The translations under genes and the position numbers were made by a program. From an uncultured Acidimicrobiia bacterium (GTDB lineage Bacteria > Actinomycetota > Acidimicrobiia > Spongiisociales > UBA5794), in contig CAWGCJ010000002.1 of assembly GCA_963821095.1 (NCBI GenBank), forward strand, positions 360,954 through 424,953: a stretch of 64,000 nt of DNA, given 5' to 3'. The notes beneath the pieces are model-generated. The model was not told where the DNA came from. It saw only the letters and a program-made list of their open reading frames with translations, and made no database searches. Numbering within the stretch: position 1 is the stretch's first letter; every line of letters starts with the position of its first letter. This document shows positions 19,525-29,174 of this stretch, one piece after another.

Positions 19525-19571
19525 GCCAAAACGTTAGAGGATCGGGTCACGGATCATCGCGGCCGGATTCG

Positions 19572-20090
19572 CTACTCGAACAGGCCTGCGGGGGCGTCGA
19601 TGACGATGTGGGCGAGCGAAGGGTGGATTTCGCCGACGATCGCCTCAACAAACGGCACCTCGACAACTTCGCCGTTCTTGCGGGTGATCACAATGCGGTC
19701 CTGGGCAGCGCCGAGCACGACGCCGGTCACCATGCCGAGGTGGCGGCCGTTGGGATCGATAGCGGTGAGACCTTCGAGATCCTCGGGCCAGAACTCATCT
19801 TCGCCGAGATTGCGACGCTCCTCCGGTCCGATGGTCAGCGTCACTCCCTGAAGTGCCTCGGCCGAACTGCGGTCATTCACGCCTTCGAAACGGATCAGAA
19901 CGCCGTCGGGATGCTCGGCGGCGTCACCGACCACGAGGAAGCGGGGTTCGTCCTCGTCGGTCAGAAATGCCGCACCCGAGTGATAGCGGTCGGGGTGATC
20001 CGTCAAGGGGCGAACAACCACTGAGCCACGGATGCCGTGAGCACGGCGCACGTAGCCGACCGAGATGCGGCGGGCCCCCCGAGTATTCAC
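19572..20090 (-). CDS. rimM: 16S rRNA processing protein RimM.
   Basis: The 172-aa ORF reads ...VGYVRRAHGIRGSVVVRPLTD... with a PRC barrel C-terminus. It is syntenic with rpsP and the KH protein. Confidence 0.9.
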   Translation of the reverse strand: MNTRGARRISVGYVRRAHGIRGSVVVRPLTDHPDRYHSGAAFLTDEDEPRFLVVGDAAEHPDGVLIRFEGVNDRSSAEALQGVTLTIGPEERRNLGEDEFWPEDLEGLTAIDPNGRHLGMVTGVVLGAAQDRIVITRKNGEVVEVPFVEAIVGEIHPSLAHIVIDAPAGLFE

Positions 20091-20149
20091 GACACAGACG
20101 GTAGCCGCGGCCGCCGACGATTTCCGGGCGACCGTAATTCAGCCAGCAA

Positions 20150-20407
20150 TCAGTCGAGGAAGTCGACCGTTACCCGCAGGCCCTCTTCGTCTCCTGCTGC
20201 CTTGGCCACAGAACGAATGGCGCGAGCCACCCGGCCCCGTCGGCCGATGACCCTGCCCATGTCGGACTTGGCGGTGCGAACCTCGGCGACCACCGCGTCC
20301 TCACCGTCGTCAACGACCTCGACCTGGACCGACGACGCGTCGTCGACGATCTGCTCGGCGATGTAGCGAACGACCCGGCCGACGATGTCACCTTTGTCCA
20401 CGATCAA
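20150..20407 (-). CDS. KH-domain RNA-binding protein (YlqC-like).
   Basis: The 85-aa ORF reads ...[19 protein letters not shown]... It sits between rpsP and rimM. Confidence 0.85.
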   Translation of the reverse strand: MIVDKGDIVGRVVRYIAEQIVDDASSVQVEVVDDGEDAVVAEVRTAKSDMGRVIGRRGRVARAIRSVAKAAGDEEGLRVTVDFLD

Positions 20408-20919
20408 ACCTCCGCGTCCTCTTCAGGGACCAGTTCCGAACCGGCTTCCGTGACCTCATTGGCCGCGGCCCGCTCGATGTCTTCGAAGGCATCCTCGGGA
20501 GTTTCTCCCACCTCCGGCGCTTCTTCCTCGTCGCCTCCGGCGTCGCCACCGACAACATGGATTTCGGGCTCGTGATCCGGCGCGACCGGTGCGGCCGGAA
20601 CCGGTTCGGGCTCGACTGCCTCGGCCACCGTCTCGGCTGCAATCGTGTGGATCTCACCCCGGGACACCCGGAAGGCGGTCCAGGCGCCGGAGATCTCGAG
20701 CAGTTTCTGGGCACGTTCAGTGGGCTGGGCGCCCTTCTGCAGCCAGTCGAGCGCTCGCTCGTTGTCGATTTCGATGAGCGAAGGCTCTTGACGGGGGTCG
20801 TAGCGACCGATCTGCTCGATGTAGGCCCCATCGCGCGGTTTGCGCGAGTCCACCACTACGACGCGGTACGTCGGCTGCTTCTTCTTGCCCATCCGCGTCA
20901 GGCGGATCTTGACCGGCAT
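20404..20919 (-). CDS. rpsP: 30S ribosomal protein S16 with an actinobacterial-type acidic C-terminal extension.
   Basis: [42 protein letters not shown]... Confidence 0.95.
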   Translation of the reverse strand: MPVKIRLTRMGKKKQPTYRVVVVDSRKPRDGAYIEQIGRYDPRQEPSLIEIDNERALDWLQKGAQPTERAQKLLEISGAWTAFRVSRGEIHTIAAETVAEAVEPEPVPAAPVAPDHEPEIHVVGGDAGGDEEEAPEVGETPEDAFEDIERAAANEVTEAGSELVPEEDAEV

Positions 20920-20924
20920 CTACT

Positions 20925-22301
20925 TCACCTCTTCTTGCCTTGTCGCATGCCCGGCAGAGCAAGTCCCGGAATTGGGCTCTTTCCTGCTGCCAAGGCCTTC
21001 ATCATCTTCTGAGCTTCGGAGAATTGCTTCAGGACTTTGTTGACGTCCTGCGGCCGGGTCCCCGAACCCGCCGCGATCCGACGCTTTCGGCTCCCGTTGA
21101 TCATCTTCGGGTTGCGTCGCTCGCCGGGCGTCATCGACCTGATGATCGCCTCGACACGGCCCAGGTCCTTGTCATCGACCTGAACATCGCCCAGCGCCTG
21201 TCCGGCGCCCGGCAGCATACTAACCAATGACTGCAGTGGGCCCATTTTCTTGAGTTGTTGGAATTGCTCCAAGAAGTCCTCGAGATCAAATTCGGCCCGC
21301 ATCATCTTCTCGGCGGCCTTCTCGGCTTCTTCCTGGTCGTAGGCCGTCTCCGCCTTTTCGATCAGCGTGAGCACGTCGCCCATGCCCAGAATGCGTGAGG
21401 CCATCCGGTCTGGATAGAAGACATCGAGTTCGTCGAGACCCTCGCCGAGACCGACAAACTTGATCGGTCGCCCCGTCACCTCGCGGGTGGAGATGGCGGC
21501 ACCACCCCGAGCGTCACCATCGAGCTTGGTCATCACGATGCCGGTGATCTCGGTGTACTCGAGGAAGCCCTGCGCGACGTTGACCGCCTCCTGACCAGTC
21601 ATGGCATCAACGACGAGCAGCACTTCCTGGGGTTCCGCCACCTTGCGCACCGCAGCCAGTTCCTTCATGAGGTCTTGGTCGATCTGGAGCCGGCCGGCGG
21701 TGTCGATGATGACCACGTTGTGACCCTCGGCGCGCGCTTCCTTCATCGCTGCCTTGACCAGCCGCGGCGCCTTGGCCTTGCGATCGACATAGACCGGGAC
21801 ACCGATCCGGGTGCCGAGGGTCTCGAGTTGATCGATGGCGGCAGGCCGCTGCAGGTCGGCGGCCACCAGCATGGGACGTTTGCCCTTACTCTTGAGGTGT
21901 TTGGCGAGCTTGGCCGCCGACGTCGTCTTACCCGAACCCTGGAGGCCGGCCATCAGGATCACGAGCGGTGGTGATGCCGGACGAGCGAGCGGAGCAGCCT
22001 CGTCCCCAAGCGTCACGATCAGTTCCTCATGGACGATCTTGATGACCTGCTGGCCGGGGGTGAGGCTCTTCATGACGTCGGCACCGACCGACCGCTCCCT
22101 CACTCTGGCGAGGAAGCTCTTCACGACGGTCACGTTGACGTCGGCCTCGAGCAGCGCCAGGCGGACCTCGCGCAGCGCAGCGTCGACGTCGGCCTCGCTG
22201 AGGCGGCCTTTGCCGCGCAGACGAGTGAAGGCGTCGCCGAGCCGATTGGTGAGAGTATCGAACATCGGGCGGAAGTTTAGGACCGGCACCGTGGCATGCA
22301 C
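20925..22301 (-). CDS. ffh: Signal recognition particle protein Ffh.
   Basis: The 458-aa ORF has the NG domain (GLQGSGKTT, DTAGRL, TKLDG) and a Met-rich M domain. Confidence 0.97.
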   Translation of the reverse strand: MHATVPVLNFRPMFDTLTNRLGDAFTRLRGKGRLSEADVDAALREVRLALLEADVNVTVVKSFLARVRERSVGADVMKSLTPGQQVIKIVHEELIVTLGDEAAPLARPASPPLVILMAGLQGSGKTTSAAKLAKHLKSKGKRPMLVAADLQRPAAIDQLETLGTRIGVPVYVDRKAKAPRLVKAAMKEARAEGHNVVIIDTAGRLQIDQDLMKELAAVRKVAEPQEVLLVVDAMTGQEAVNVAQGFLEYTEITGIVMTKLDGDARGGAAISTREVTGRPIKFVGLGEGLDELDVFYPDRMASRILGMGDVLTLIEKAETAYDQEEAEKAAEKMMRAEFDLEDFLEQFQQLKKMGPLQSLVSMLPGAGQALGDVQVDDKDLGRVEAIIRSMTPGERRNPKMINGSRKRRIAAGSGTRPQDVNKVLKQFSEAQKMMKALAAGKSPIPGLALPGMRQGKKR

Positions 22302-22423
22302 GCAGCAAGTGGCCCTCGCTCGACAACCACGTCGCCGATATCGCCGCCGACAGCTTGACCCCTGCCGGTCGCCGTATACTCATCGGGTTAGTCCGTACCA
22401 ACCGCTTGGGGAGGCGCGACCAC

Positions 22424-24187
22424 ATGGGCGACACGACTGCGCGACCGGAATCGAACCAGGCCCCGTTGCCAAAAGGCGTGATGTTCAACGCTTACCCGGA
22501 CAGCATCGGCCGCAACCTCGCAGACACCGTCGAGGTCCTCCAGAGACCGGAACTCCAGGGTGCATTCTCCCTGTTCTACGTCCTGCCCACGTTCTTCAAC
22601 AGCGACCTCGATCGCGGATTCTCCGTCATCGACTACGACTTCAACGAGGAGCTGGTGTCGGCGCAGGACGTGGAAGCAATCCGAGCGCTCGGAATCGGGT
22701 TGAAGTTCGACCTCGTGCTGAACCACCTCTCGGTTGGCTCGCCGCAATTCCAGGATCTCCTGCGGCGAGGAGACGACTCGGACTACAAGGACTTCTTCAT
22801 CGACTGGAACGAATTCTGGCGAGGCGAGGGCGCAATGGGCGACGAAGGCCACGTCGTGCCGGAGAAGAGCCACCTTGACAAGCTGTTCATGAGAAAGCCG
22901 GGTCTGCCCATCCTCAATGTCCGTTTCCCAGACGGCACCGAGCGACCGTACTGGAACACGTTCTACCAAGAGGTGCGCTATCCGGAGCTGGCTCCGGAGG
23001 ACTTCCTCGAGATCGAAGGCGTCGGCCACAGCCAGGCCGTTCAGCTCGCCGGGCTCTACAACGAAGCGCTCGACACGAACGACGGCCTGCAGGGACTCGA
23101 CGTGGACGGCTTCTCGTGCAGCAAGGCCGATGTGCTCGCCCTGGCCAACCGCAAACGTCAGTATCTGGGTCAGATGGACATGAACGCGGAGTCCGCAGGA
23201 GTCTGGGAGTTCTACGACGAGACGCTCGGCAAGCTGAGCGGATACGGCGCCCGGCTGGTGAGACTCGACGCCTTCGCCTACCTCCACAAGCAACCGGGAG
23301 AAACGAACTTCTTCAACAAACCCGGCACCTGGGAGTATCTCGAGCGGCTGCGGCAACTGGCCAGCAATCACAACTTGACCCTGCTTCCCGAGATCCACTC
23401 CGAGTATGGGACCGGACTTCACGAGGAGGTCGCCGCGGAGGGCTTCCCGATCTACGACTTCTTCCTACCGGGCCTCATGATCGATGCGCTCGATCGCGGC
23501 ACCAACGTGCACCTCCTGCGCTGGATCGACGAGCTTGTTTCCAACCGAATCCGGACGATCAACATGCTGGGGTGTCACGATGGCATCCCGGTGCTCGACC
23601 TCGGAGGCAAACGCGTCGACGGTGTTTGGCACGAGGGTCTGCTGGACACGGCGCAGATCGAAGCCATCATCGACCGGGTCATCGAACGCGGCGGTCGGGT
23701 CAAGAACCTCTACGGCGCAGACGGCACGAAGATCTCCTACTACCAGGTCAACGCCACCTTCTTCAGCGCCCTGGGCGAGGACGAGATGAAGCTGCGCTTG
23801 GCTCGCGCCATCCAGCTCTTCATGCCGGGAATACCCCAGGTGTGGTACCTAGACCTGTTCGCGGGGAAGAACGACTACGAGGCTGCTGATCGCGGCGGAA
23901 CCGGCGGACACAAGGAGATAAACCGGACCACGCTGGACATGGATGCTATCGAATCCGGACTGCGCCGGATCGTCGTGCGAGACCAGATTCGGCTCATCCG
24001 TTTGCGGAACAACTCCCCCGCCTTCGACGGCGAGCTGACCGTCCACGATTCCCCGGAGCACGAGCTGCATCTGACGTGGACGAACGGAGGACACGTCGCG
24101 ACGCTGAAGGCGAACCTGGTCGATCGAGGGTTCTCCGTGACGGTCCGTGACGAAACCGGGGAGGAAAGAGTGCTGTCCTATCGTTAG
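22424..24187 (+). CDS. GH13_18 sucrose-phosphorylase-family glycoside phosphorylase (sucrose / glucosylglycerate / glucosylglycerol phosphorylase-like).
   Basis: The start MGDTTARP lies at ATG 22424, preceded by gggagg. Motifs LGCHDGIPVLD and QVNATFFSALGEDEMKLRLARAIQLFMPGIPQVWYLDLFAGKND align with sucrose phosphorylase (LDTHDGIGVID; QVNSTYYSALG...PGVPQVYYVGALAGKND). Confidence 0.85.
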   Translation: MGDTTARPESNQAPLPKGVMFNAYPDSIGRNLADTVEVLQRPELQGAFSLFYVLPTFFNSDLDRGFSVIDYDFNEELVSAQDVEAIRALGIGLKFDLVLNHLSVGSPQFQDLLRRGDDSDYKDFFIDWNEFWRGEGAMGDEGHVVPEKSHLDKLFMRKPGLPILNVRFPDGTERPYWNTFYQEVRYPELAPEDFLEIEGVGHSQAVQLAGLYNEALDTNDGLQGLDVDGFSCSKADVLALANRKRQYLGQMDMNAESAGVWEFYDETLGKLSGYGARLVRLDAFAYLHKQPGETNFFNKPGTWEYLERLRQLASNHNLTLLPEIHSEYGTGLHEEVAAEGFPIYDFFLPGLMIDALDRGTNVHLLRWIDELVSNRIRTINMLGCHDGIPVLDLGGKRVDGVWHEGLLDTAQIEAIIDRVIERGGRVKNLYGADGTKISYYQVNATFFSALGEDEMKLRLARAIQLFMPGIPQVWYLDLFAGKNDYEAADRGGTGGHKEINRTTLDMDAIESGLRRIVVRDQIRLIRLRNNSPAFDGELTVHDSPEHELHLTWTNGGHVATLKANLVDRGFSVTVRDETGEERVLSYR

Positions 24188-24197
24188 GAGAACGAGC

Positions 24198-25004
24198 GTG
24201 AAAATCCTCGCCACCGATCTAGACCGAACCTTGCTCCCCAACGGACCCTGGAAAGGCGACGACGAGGCGATCGAGATGTTCAACGAGCTCACCGACACGC
24301 ACGGCACGCTCGTCGTCTACGTGACGGGGAGAAACCTCGATCTCACCGAACGAGCGATCCAGCAGTACGGGGTTCGCTACCCAGACGTGCTGTGCGGGGA
24401 CGTCGGGACGACGATCCGCCGCTACGAGCAGGGGCGCTGGCAGCCGGACGAGGGGTGGGTTGCCCATGTCCAGCGCACCAGCCCGCGGTGGGATGCCGCT
24501 GCGATCAAGAGTGCCGTCGCCGCGGTGCCGGGTATCCAGGAGCAGGAGCCCGAGCACCAGAACCCGTTCAAGCAGAGCTACTACGTCGATCACGAGCGGA
24601 GAGACGAGGTGCTGCAAGAGGTCGACACGCGGGTCAAAGGCAAGTTCGACGAGGTGATCGTGTACAGCTTCGACTCTCTGGACGGGAAGGGGCTGCTCGA
24701 CTTCCTACCTGCGAGCGCGACCAAGCAGACCGCTCTCGAGTACGTCGCCGAATCTCACGGGTGCGCCGGCGAGGACGTCGTGTTCTGCGGAGACAGCGGC
24801 AATGACATCTTCCCGCTGACTGCCGGTTTCTGTGGCGTTCTCGTCAGGAACGCCGACGATCAGCTCGTAGCCAACGTGGAGCAGGCCCTGGCCCAAGACC
24901 CCGCCCTTCGCGTCTACTTCGCCAAGGGAGATTTCAAGGGCCTGAGCGGCTACTACACGAGCGGGGTCATCGAGGGCGCCTACCACTACGGCCTGTTCTC
25001 CTGA
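24198..25004 (+). CDS. HAD-IIB phosphatase, sucrose-phosphate-phosphatase-like (S6PP family).
   Basis: GTG start with the DxD motif ILATDLDRTLL. The SPP-like C-terminus reads GDSGNDIF...YYTSGVIEGAYHYGL. Co-oriented 11 bp after the phosphorylase gene. Confidence 0.7.
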   Translation: MKILATDLDRTLLPNGPWKGDDEAIEMFNELTDTHGTLVVYVTGRNLDLTERAIQQYGVRYPDVLCGDVGTTIRRYEQGRWQPDEGWVAHVQRTSPRWDAAAIKSAVAAVPGIQEQEPEHQNPFKQSYYVDHERRDEVLQEVDTRVKGKFDEVIVYSFDSLDGKGLLDFLPASATKQTALEYVAESHGCAGEDVVFCGDSGNDIFPLTAGFCGVLVRNADDQLVANVEQALAQDPALRVYFAKGDFKGLSGYYTSGVIEGAYHYGLFS

Positions 25005-25183
25005 CGAACCGAGGCCCCCGCTGAAGCTCCGCCGTAACTACAACTCGGAAGCCACTACGACCTGCGACCACCTCGCCGGTACCGCGAGGCTCACGAGCAA
25101 TACCGGCCCGAACACAAAATCGCCTGCCACACACAGCAGCGCAGATTGGCTCCCGACTCCGGGATACTAGATACTCTCTGCCC

Positions 25184-25801
25184 ATGAATCTCACCGTGAT
25201 CGATCATCCACTGGCCCGCCACTACCTCACCGTGCTGCGTGACTCGAGTACGCAGCCGGAGGAATTCCGCAGCGCGGCAAGGCGCCTGACCTATGCCCTC
25301 GTGATGGAAGCCACCCAGCGGGTGCCACTCCACAAGACCAAGATCCAGACTCCGATGGAAACCACGACCGGCTACGAGCTCGGCGACATCGTCGCGGTGG
25401 CGGTTTTGCGAGCCGGGTTGGGGATGCTCGATGCCGTGCTCGAACTGGTGCCCCAGGTCAAGGTTGGCTTCGCCGGGGTGCAGCGGGACGAAGAAACCGC
25501 GTTGCCGATGGAGTACTACGCCAAGATGCCGGAGCTGAGCAACGCGTCGGTGCTCATCCTCGAACCCATGCTCGCCACCGGCGGTTCGCTCTCTTGGGCC
25601 GTATCCAAGGCGAAGGACTCCGGGGCGCATGACATCACCTGCCTGTGCGTGGTGACCGCGCCCGACGGAGTCACCCGCATGTACCAAGACCACCCCGATG
25701 TGCGCATCGTGGCCGCGTCCCACGACCGTGAGCTCAACGACCACTACTACATCGTTCCCGGTCTCGGCGACATGGGCGATCGGCTGTTCGGGACCCTGTG
25801 A
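25184..25801 (+). CDS. upp: Uracil phosphoribosyltransferase.
   Basis: The 205-aa ORF is Upp-like throughout, with the PRPP motif VLILEPMLATGGS and a YIVPGLGDMGDRLFGT end. Confidence 0.95.
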   Translation: MNLTVIDHPLARHYLTVLRDSSTQPEEFRSAARRLTYALVMEATQRVPLHKTKIQTPMETTTGYELGDIVAVAVLRAGLGMLDAVLELVPQVKVGFAGVQRDEETALPMEYYAKMPELSNASVLILEPMLATGGSLSWAVSKAKDSGAHDITCLCVVTAPDGVTRMYQDHPDVRIVAASHDRELNDHYYIVPGLGDMGDRLFGTL

Positions 25802-26448
25802 TGGACCTGATCCCCGGACCTCCCCCGGCGACGTTCCGCGATTCGATGGCCGTCACATACGACAACGTCGCGGCGCAACGTGACGAGATGGGCGAGGCCG
25901 ACTGGCGCTGGCCTTTCGCCGAAAGATTCCTCTCTCAACTGCGGGATGAGAAGAAATCCCGCCTGCTCGAGATAGGCGCCGGTGTCGGCTACACCTCCTT
26001 GTGGTTCGCAGAGCGCGGCCTCGAGGTGGTTGCCACCGACCTCTCTCCTGCCCAAGTGGACATCGCCCGCGCCAAGGGGCTCGACGCGCACGTTCGTGAC
26101 ATGTTCGATCTCAGGTTCCCGGACGAGAGCTTCGACGCGGCATGGGCGATGAACTGCATCCACCACATCCCCAGTGCAGACCTTCCCGACGTGCTCGCCG
26201 GGATCGCCGATGTCCTGCGCCCCGGCGGGATCCTCTACATCGCCGTGTGGGGTGGTCGCGACCTCGAGGGCATGTACCAGGACGACTTCTATCAGCCATC
26301 ACGGTTCTTCGCCATCCGCAGCGATGACAATCTGCGAACAGCATTGGAGACCGCCTTCGTCGTCGAATCATTCGAAACGTTCCTGCCCGACGAGCAGAAG
26401 GACGACGACGGGCTCCACATGCAGTCCTTCCTGCTGCGCAAGCCGTGA
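25798..26448 (+). CDS. Class I SAM-dependent methyltransferase.
   Basis: Motif I reads LLEIGAGVGYTSLWFAERG, and a Methyltransf_11-like motif LRPGGILYI is present. Confidence 0.75.
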   Translation: MMDLIPGPPPATFRDSMAVTYDNVAAQRDEMGEADWRWPFAERFLSQLRDEKKSRLLEIGAGVGYTSLWFAERGLEVVATDLSPAQVDIARAKGLDAHVRDMFDLRFPDESFDAAWAMNCIHHIPSADLPDVLAGIADVLRPGGILYIAVWGGRDLEGMYQDDFYQPSRFFAIRSDDNLRTALETAFVVESFETFLPDEQKDDDGLHMQSFLLRKP

Positions 26449-26717
26449 CCGAGCGGGACGACTTCACGGATGCGGTGATCGAGGTCCTCGAAGCGCTGCA
26501 ACCCGGCGAGGTCATGGCCTACGGTGAAGTGGCCCTAGAGGCGGGCTATCCGGGTGCGGCCCGAGCCGTCGGCAACCTACTGCGCCGCACTCCCGGCCTG
26601 CCCTGGTGGCGGGTGGTCAACGCCGCAGGACGGCTCGCTCCGGGCAACGAGACTCGCCAGGCGGAGCTGTTGCGCTCCGAAGGAGTAGCGGTGAGAAACG
26701 GTCGAGTGGTCATCTGA
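26445..26717 (+). CDS. atl: Alkyltransferase-like (ATL) protein. This is the MGMT DNA-binding domain with Trp replacing the active-site Cys.
   Basis: The 90-aa ORF carries PWWRVVNAAG in place of the PCHRV of true Ogt/Ada. The same PWWRV/PWHRV signature occurs in S. pombe Atl1 and E. coli YbaZ. Confidence 0.7.
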   Translation: MTERDDFTDAVIEVLEALQPGEVMAYGEVALEAGYPGAARAVGNLLRRTPGLPWWRVVNAAGRLAPGNETRQAELLRSEGVAVRNGRVVI

Positions 26718-26818
26718 CGGGCAACGGCTGGGGCCCCGCGGCCTACCGGTTTGTTGCCTTTGGCCCTCGACATGAGGTCGCGAATTGCAATACTGGTGGT
26801 TTACCCCGAGAGGACAGC

Positions 26819-28138
26819 ATGGCCGAACGCTCCCACAACATGATTGAACTGATCGAACGCAAGCGCGATGGCGGCGTCCTGGACCCCGATCAACTTGCCT
26901 GGATCATCGAGCAGTACACCGCCGACATCATCCCCGACTACCAGATGTCGGCGCTCTTGATGGCCATCTTCCTCAACGGCTTCACGGCCGAGGAACTTGG
27001 TCCGTGGACCGAGGCGATGCTGCATTCTGGAGATGTCCTCGACTTCTCCCACGTTGCTGCTGCAACAATCGACAAGCACTCAACCGGAGGTGTCGGCGAC
27101 AAGATGTCGATCCCGCTCGGCCCAATGGTCGCAGCCTGTGGAGTCGCCATACCGATGATGTCGGGACGTGGCCTCGGCCACACCGGCGGTACGCTCGACA
27201 AACTCGAATCGATCCCCGGCTTTCGCACCGTGCTGGACCCGCCGGAGTTCACTGCGCAACTCGAACTGCTGGGACTCGTCCTCGCCGGGCAGTCCGAGAC
27301 GTTGGTACCCGCCGATCGCCGCATCTACGCGCTGCGGGACGCCACCGGGACCGTGCAATCGATCCCGCTGATCTCGTCTTCGATCATGTCGAAGAAGCTC
27401 GCCGAGGGTCTCGACGGTCTCGTGCTCGACGTCAAGGTCGGCTCGGGAGCCTTCATGAAGGACCGCGCCTCCGCCGAGCGACTCGCCGCCACCATGGTCG
27501 GAATCGGGCTGTCGCACGGAACCAAGGTGGTCGCCCTGTTGACGGACATGAATCAGCCGATCGGGCGCGAGGTCGGCAACGCCAACGAGATCGCCGAGTC
27601 GCTCGACTTGTTGGCCGGCGACGGCCCGGCCGACGCAGCTGAGCTGACCTATGCGCTCGGCGTCGAGATGCTCCTGCTTGCCGGCATCACCGAAGACGCG
27701 GCAACCGCCCTCGAGTTGCTCGAAGTGGCGGTCTCTTCCGGTCGGGCGATGGAGAAGTTCGCCGAGGTCATCGTTGCCCAGGGCGGCGACCCTGGGGTCA
27801 TCGAGGATCGTTCACTGCTCGACCGGGCACCAGGCCGGTATGAGATCACGGCGCCGCGCAGCGGGTATGTCACCCGTTGCGATGCGCTCGATGTCGGCGT
27901 GGCTTCGGTGCGGCTCGGTGGCGGCCGAGCCCGCAAGGAAGACGTCGTAGATCACGGCGTTGGAATCACGATCCACCACAAACAGGGCGGAGTCGTCGAG
28001 ACCGGCGAACCACTGGCAGTCGTCACCTACCGGGAAGAGGCTCGGCTCGCCGCCGCCCTACCGCTGCTCGAAGCGGCGTGGGAAATCGGCGACGAAGCAC
28101 CTCCGGCGGTGCCCCTCATCATCGGAGAGGTCCGCTGA
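26819..28138 (+). CDS. deoA: Thymidine (pyrimidine-nucleoside) phosphorylase.
   Basis: The start MAERSHNMIELI lies 71 codons into ORF 26606..28138. TGGVGDK and SGRGLGHTGGTLDKLE motifs are present. Confidence 0.9.
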   Translation: MAERSHNMIELIERKRDGGVLDPDQLAWIIEQYTADIIPDYQMSALLMAIFLNGFTAEELGPWTEAMLHSGDVLDFSHVAAATIDKHSTGGVGDKMSIPLGPMVAACGVAIPMMSGRGLGHTGGTLDKLESIPGFRTVLDPPEFTAQLELLGLVLAGQSETLVPADRRIYALRDATGTVQSIPLISSSIMSKKLAEGLDGLVLDVKVGSGAFMKDRASAERLAATMVGIGLSHGTKVVALLTDMNQPIGREVGNANEIAESLDLLAGDGPADAAELTYALGVEMLLLAGITEDAATALELLEVAVSSGRAMEKFAEVIVAQGGDPGVIEDRSLLDRAPGRYEITAPRSGYVTRCDALDVGVASVRLGGGRARKEDVVDHGVGITIHHKQGGVVETGEPLAVVTYREEARLAAALPLLEAAWEIGDEAPPAVPLIIGEVR

Positions 28139-28229
28139 CCCCCGGTCCACTTTGGGTTACGCCCTTGACGGCGATCCGGGTTGTGGCACGGTGGTGGAGT
28201 AGCGTGATCCTGTCGCCTCACACGGGGGA

Positions 28230-29072
28230 ATGCGCGTGAACCGGTACGAGGAACTGCAACTAGCCGCGGCTGAGATCGCTGCCGCCACAGGAAAGGACCG
28301 ACACCAAGCTGGGGTTGTGCTTGGCTCGGGTTTGAGCGACTACGCCGCCACCATCCCTGGGGCGATCGAGGTTCCCTACACCGAGATTCCGGGGTTCCCG
28401 CTGCCCGGGGTGCAGGGCCACGCCGGCAGTTTGTTCTCGATTGACGTCGACGGGTCGGCCGTGCTGCTATTCGCCGGCCGGGTCCACACCTACGAGAGCG
28501 GCATCATGGACGAAGTGGTGTTCGGCGTTCGCACCGCCGCCATGGCGGGATGTCATACCGTTCTGCTGACAAATGCGGCCGGAGGCATCGGCACCGGCTT
28601 GCAGCCGGGCGACCTGGTTGCCATTCGCGACCACATCAACCTGGCCGGCTACAACCCACTCATCGGCACCAACGATGGCCGCCTCGGACCACGCTTCCCC
28701 GACCTCACCCATGCGTGGAGCCTCGAGGCGCGCGAGATCATCCGTCAGACCTCACTCGAACTCGGCATGCCCTACAAGGAAGGTGTCTATGCCTGGTTCC
28801 TCGGACCGACCTACGAAACGCCGGCTGAGATCGAGATGGTGCGCCGCATCGGCGGCGACCTCGTCGGCATGTCGACGGTTCCCGAGGCCATCGCCCTGCG
28901 CCACATGGGGGTCAGGGTCGCAGGCATCTCGTTGGTCACCAATCTCGCCGCCGGGATCTCGCCCCACCCGTTGTCGCACGACGAGGTAACGGAGACCGCG
29001 GCCAAGGCAAAGGTGCGATTTACTCAGCTCATCAATGCGCTGCTGCCCCGGTTGGTGGCTCCCCCCGCTTGA
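28230..29072 (+). CDS. punA: Purine nucleoside phosphorylase (PunA / PNP-I family).
   Basis: VLGSGLSDYA, VQGHAGSLF and GPTYETPAEIEMVRRIGGDLVGMSTVPE are present. Confidence 0.9.
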   Translation: MRVNRYEELQLAAAEIAAATGKDRHQAGVVLGSGLSDYAATIPGAIEVPYTEIPGFPLPGVQGHAGSLFSIDVDGSAVLLFAGRVHTYESGIMDEVVFGVRTAAMAGCHTVLLTNAAGGIGTGLQPGDLVAIRDHINLAGYNPLIGTNDGRLGPRFPDLTHAWSLEAREIIRQTSLELGMPYKEGVYAWFLGPTYETPAEIEMVRRIGGDLVGMSTVPEAIALRHMGVRVAGISLVTNLAAGISPHPLSHDEVTETAAKAKVRFTQLINALLPRLVAPPA

Positions 29073-29174
29073 CCGGGCTCCGCCAAACTCACGCCGCCCA
29101 TGACCAGCTGCCTTTGAGTGGATGACCAAACTGCGTAGCATCTGCGCCGTCACCCGACCGAGGAGTACTCACTC

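Noticed and set aside
21835-23422. ORFs 21835..22878 (+) and 22388..23422 (-)
   Set aside because: They are antisense to ffh and to the GH13 phosphorylase respectively, and are Arg-rich.
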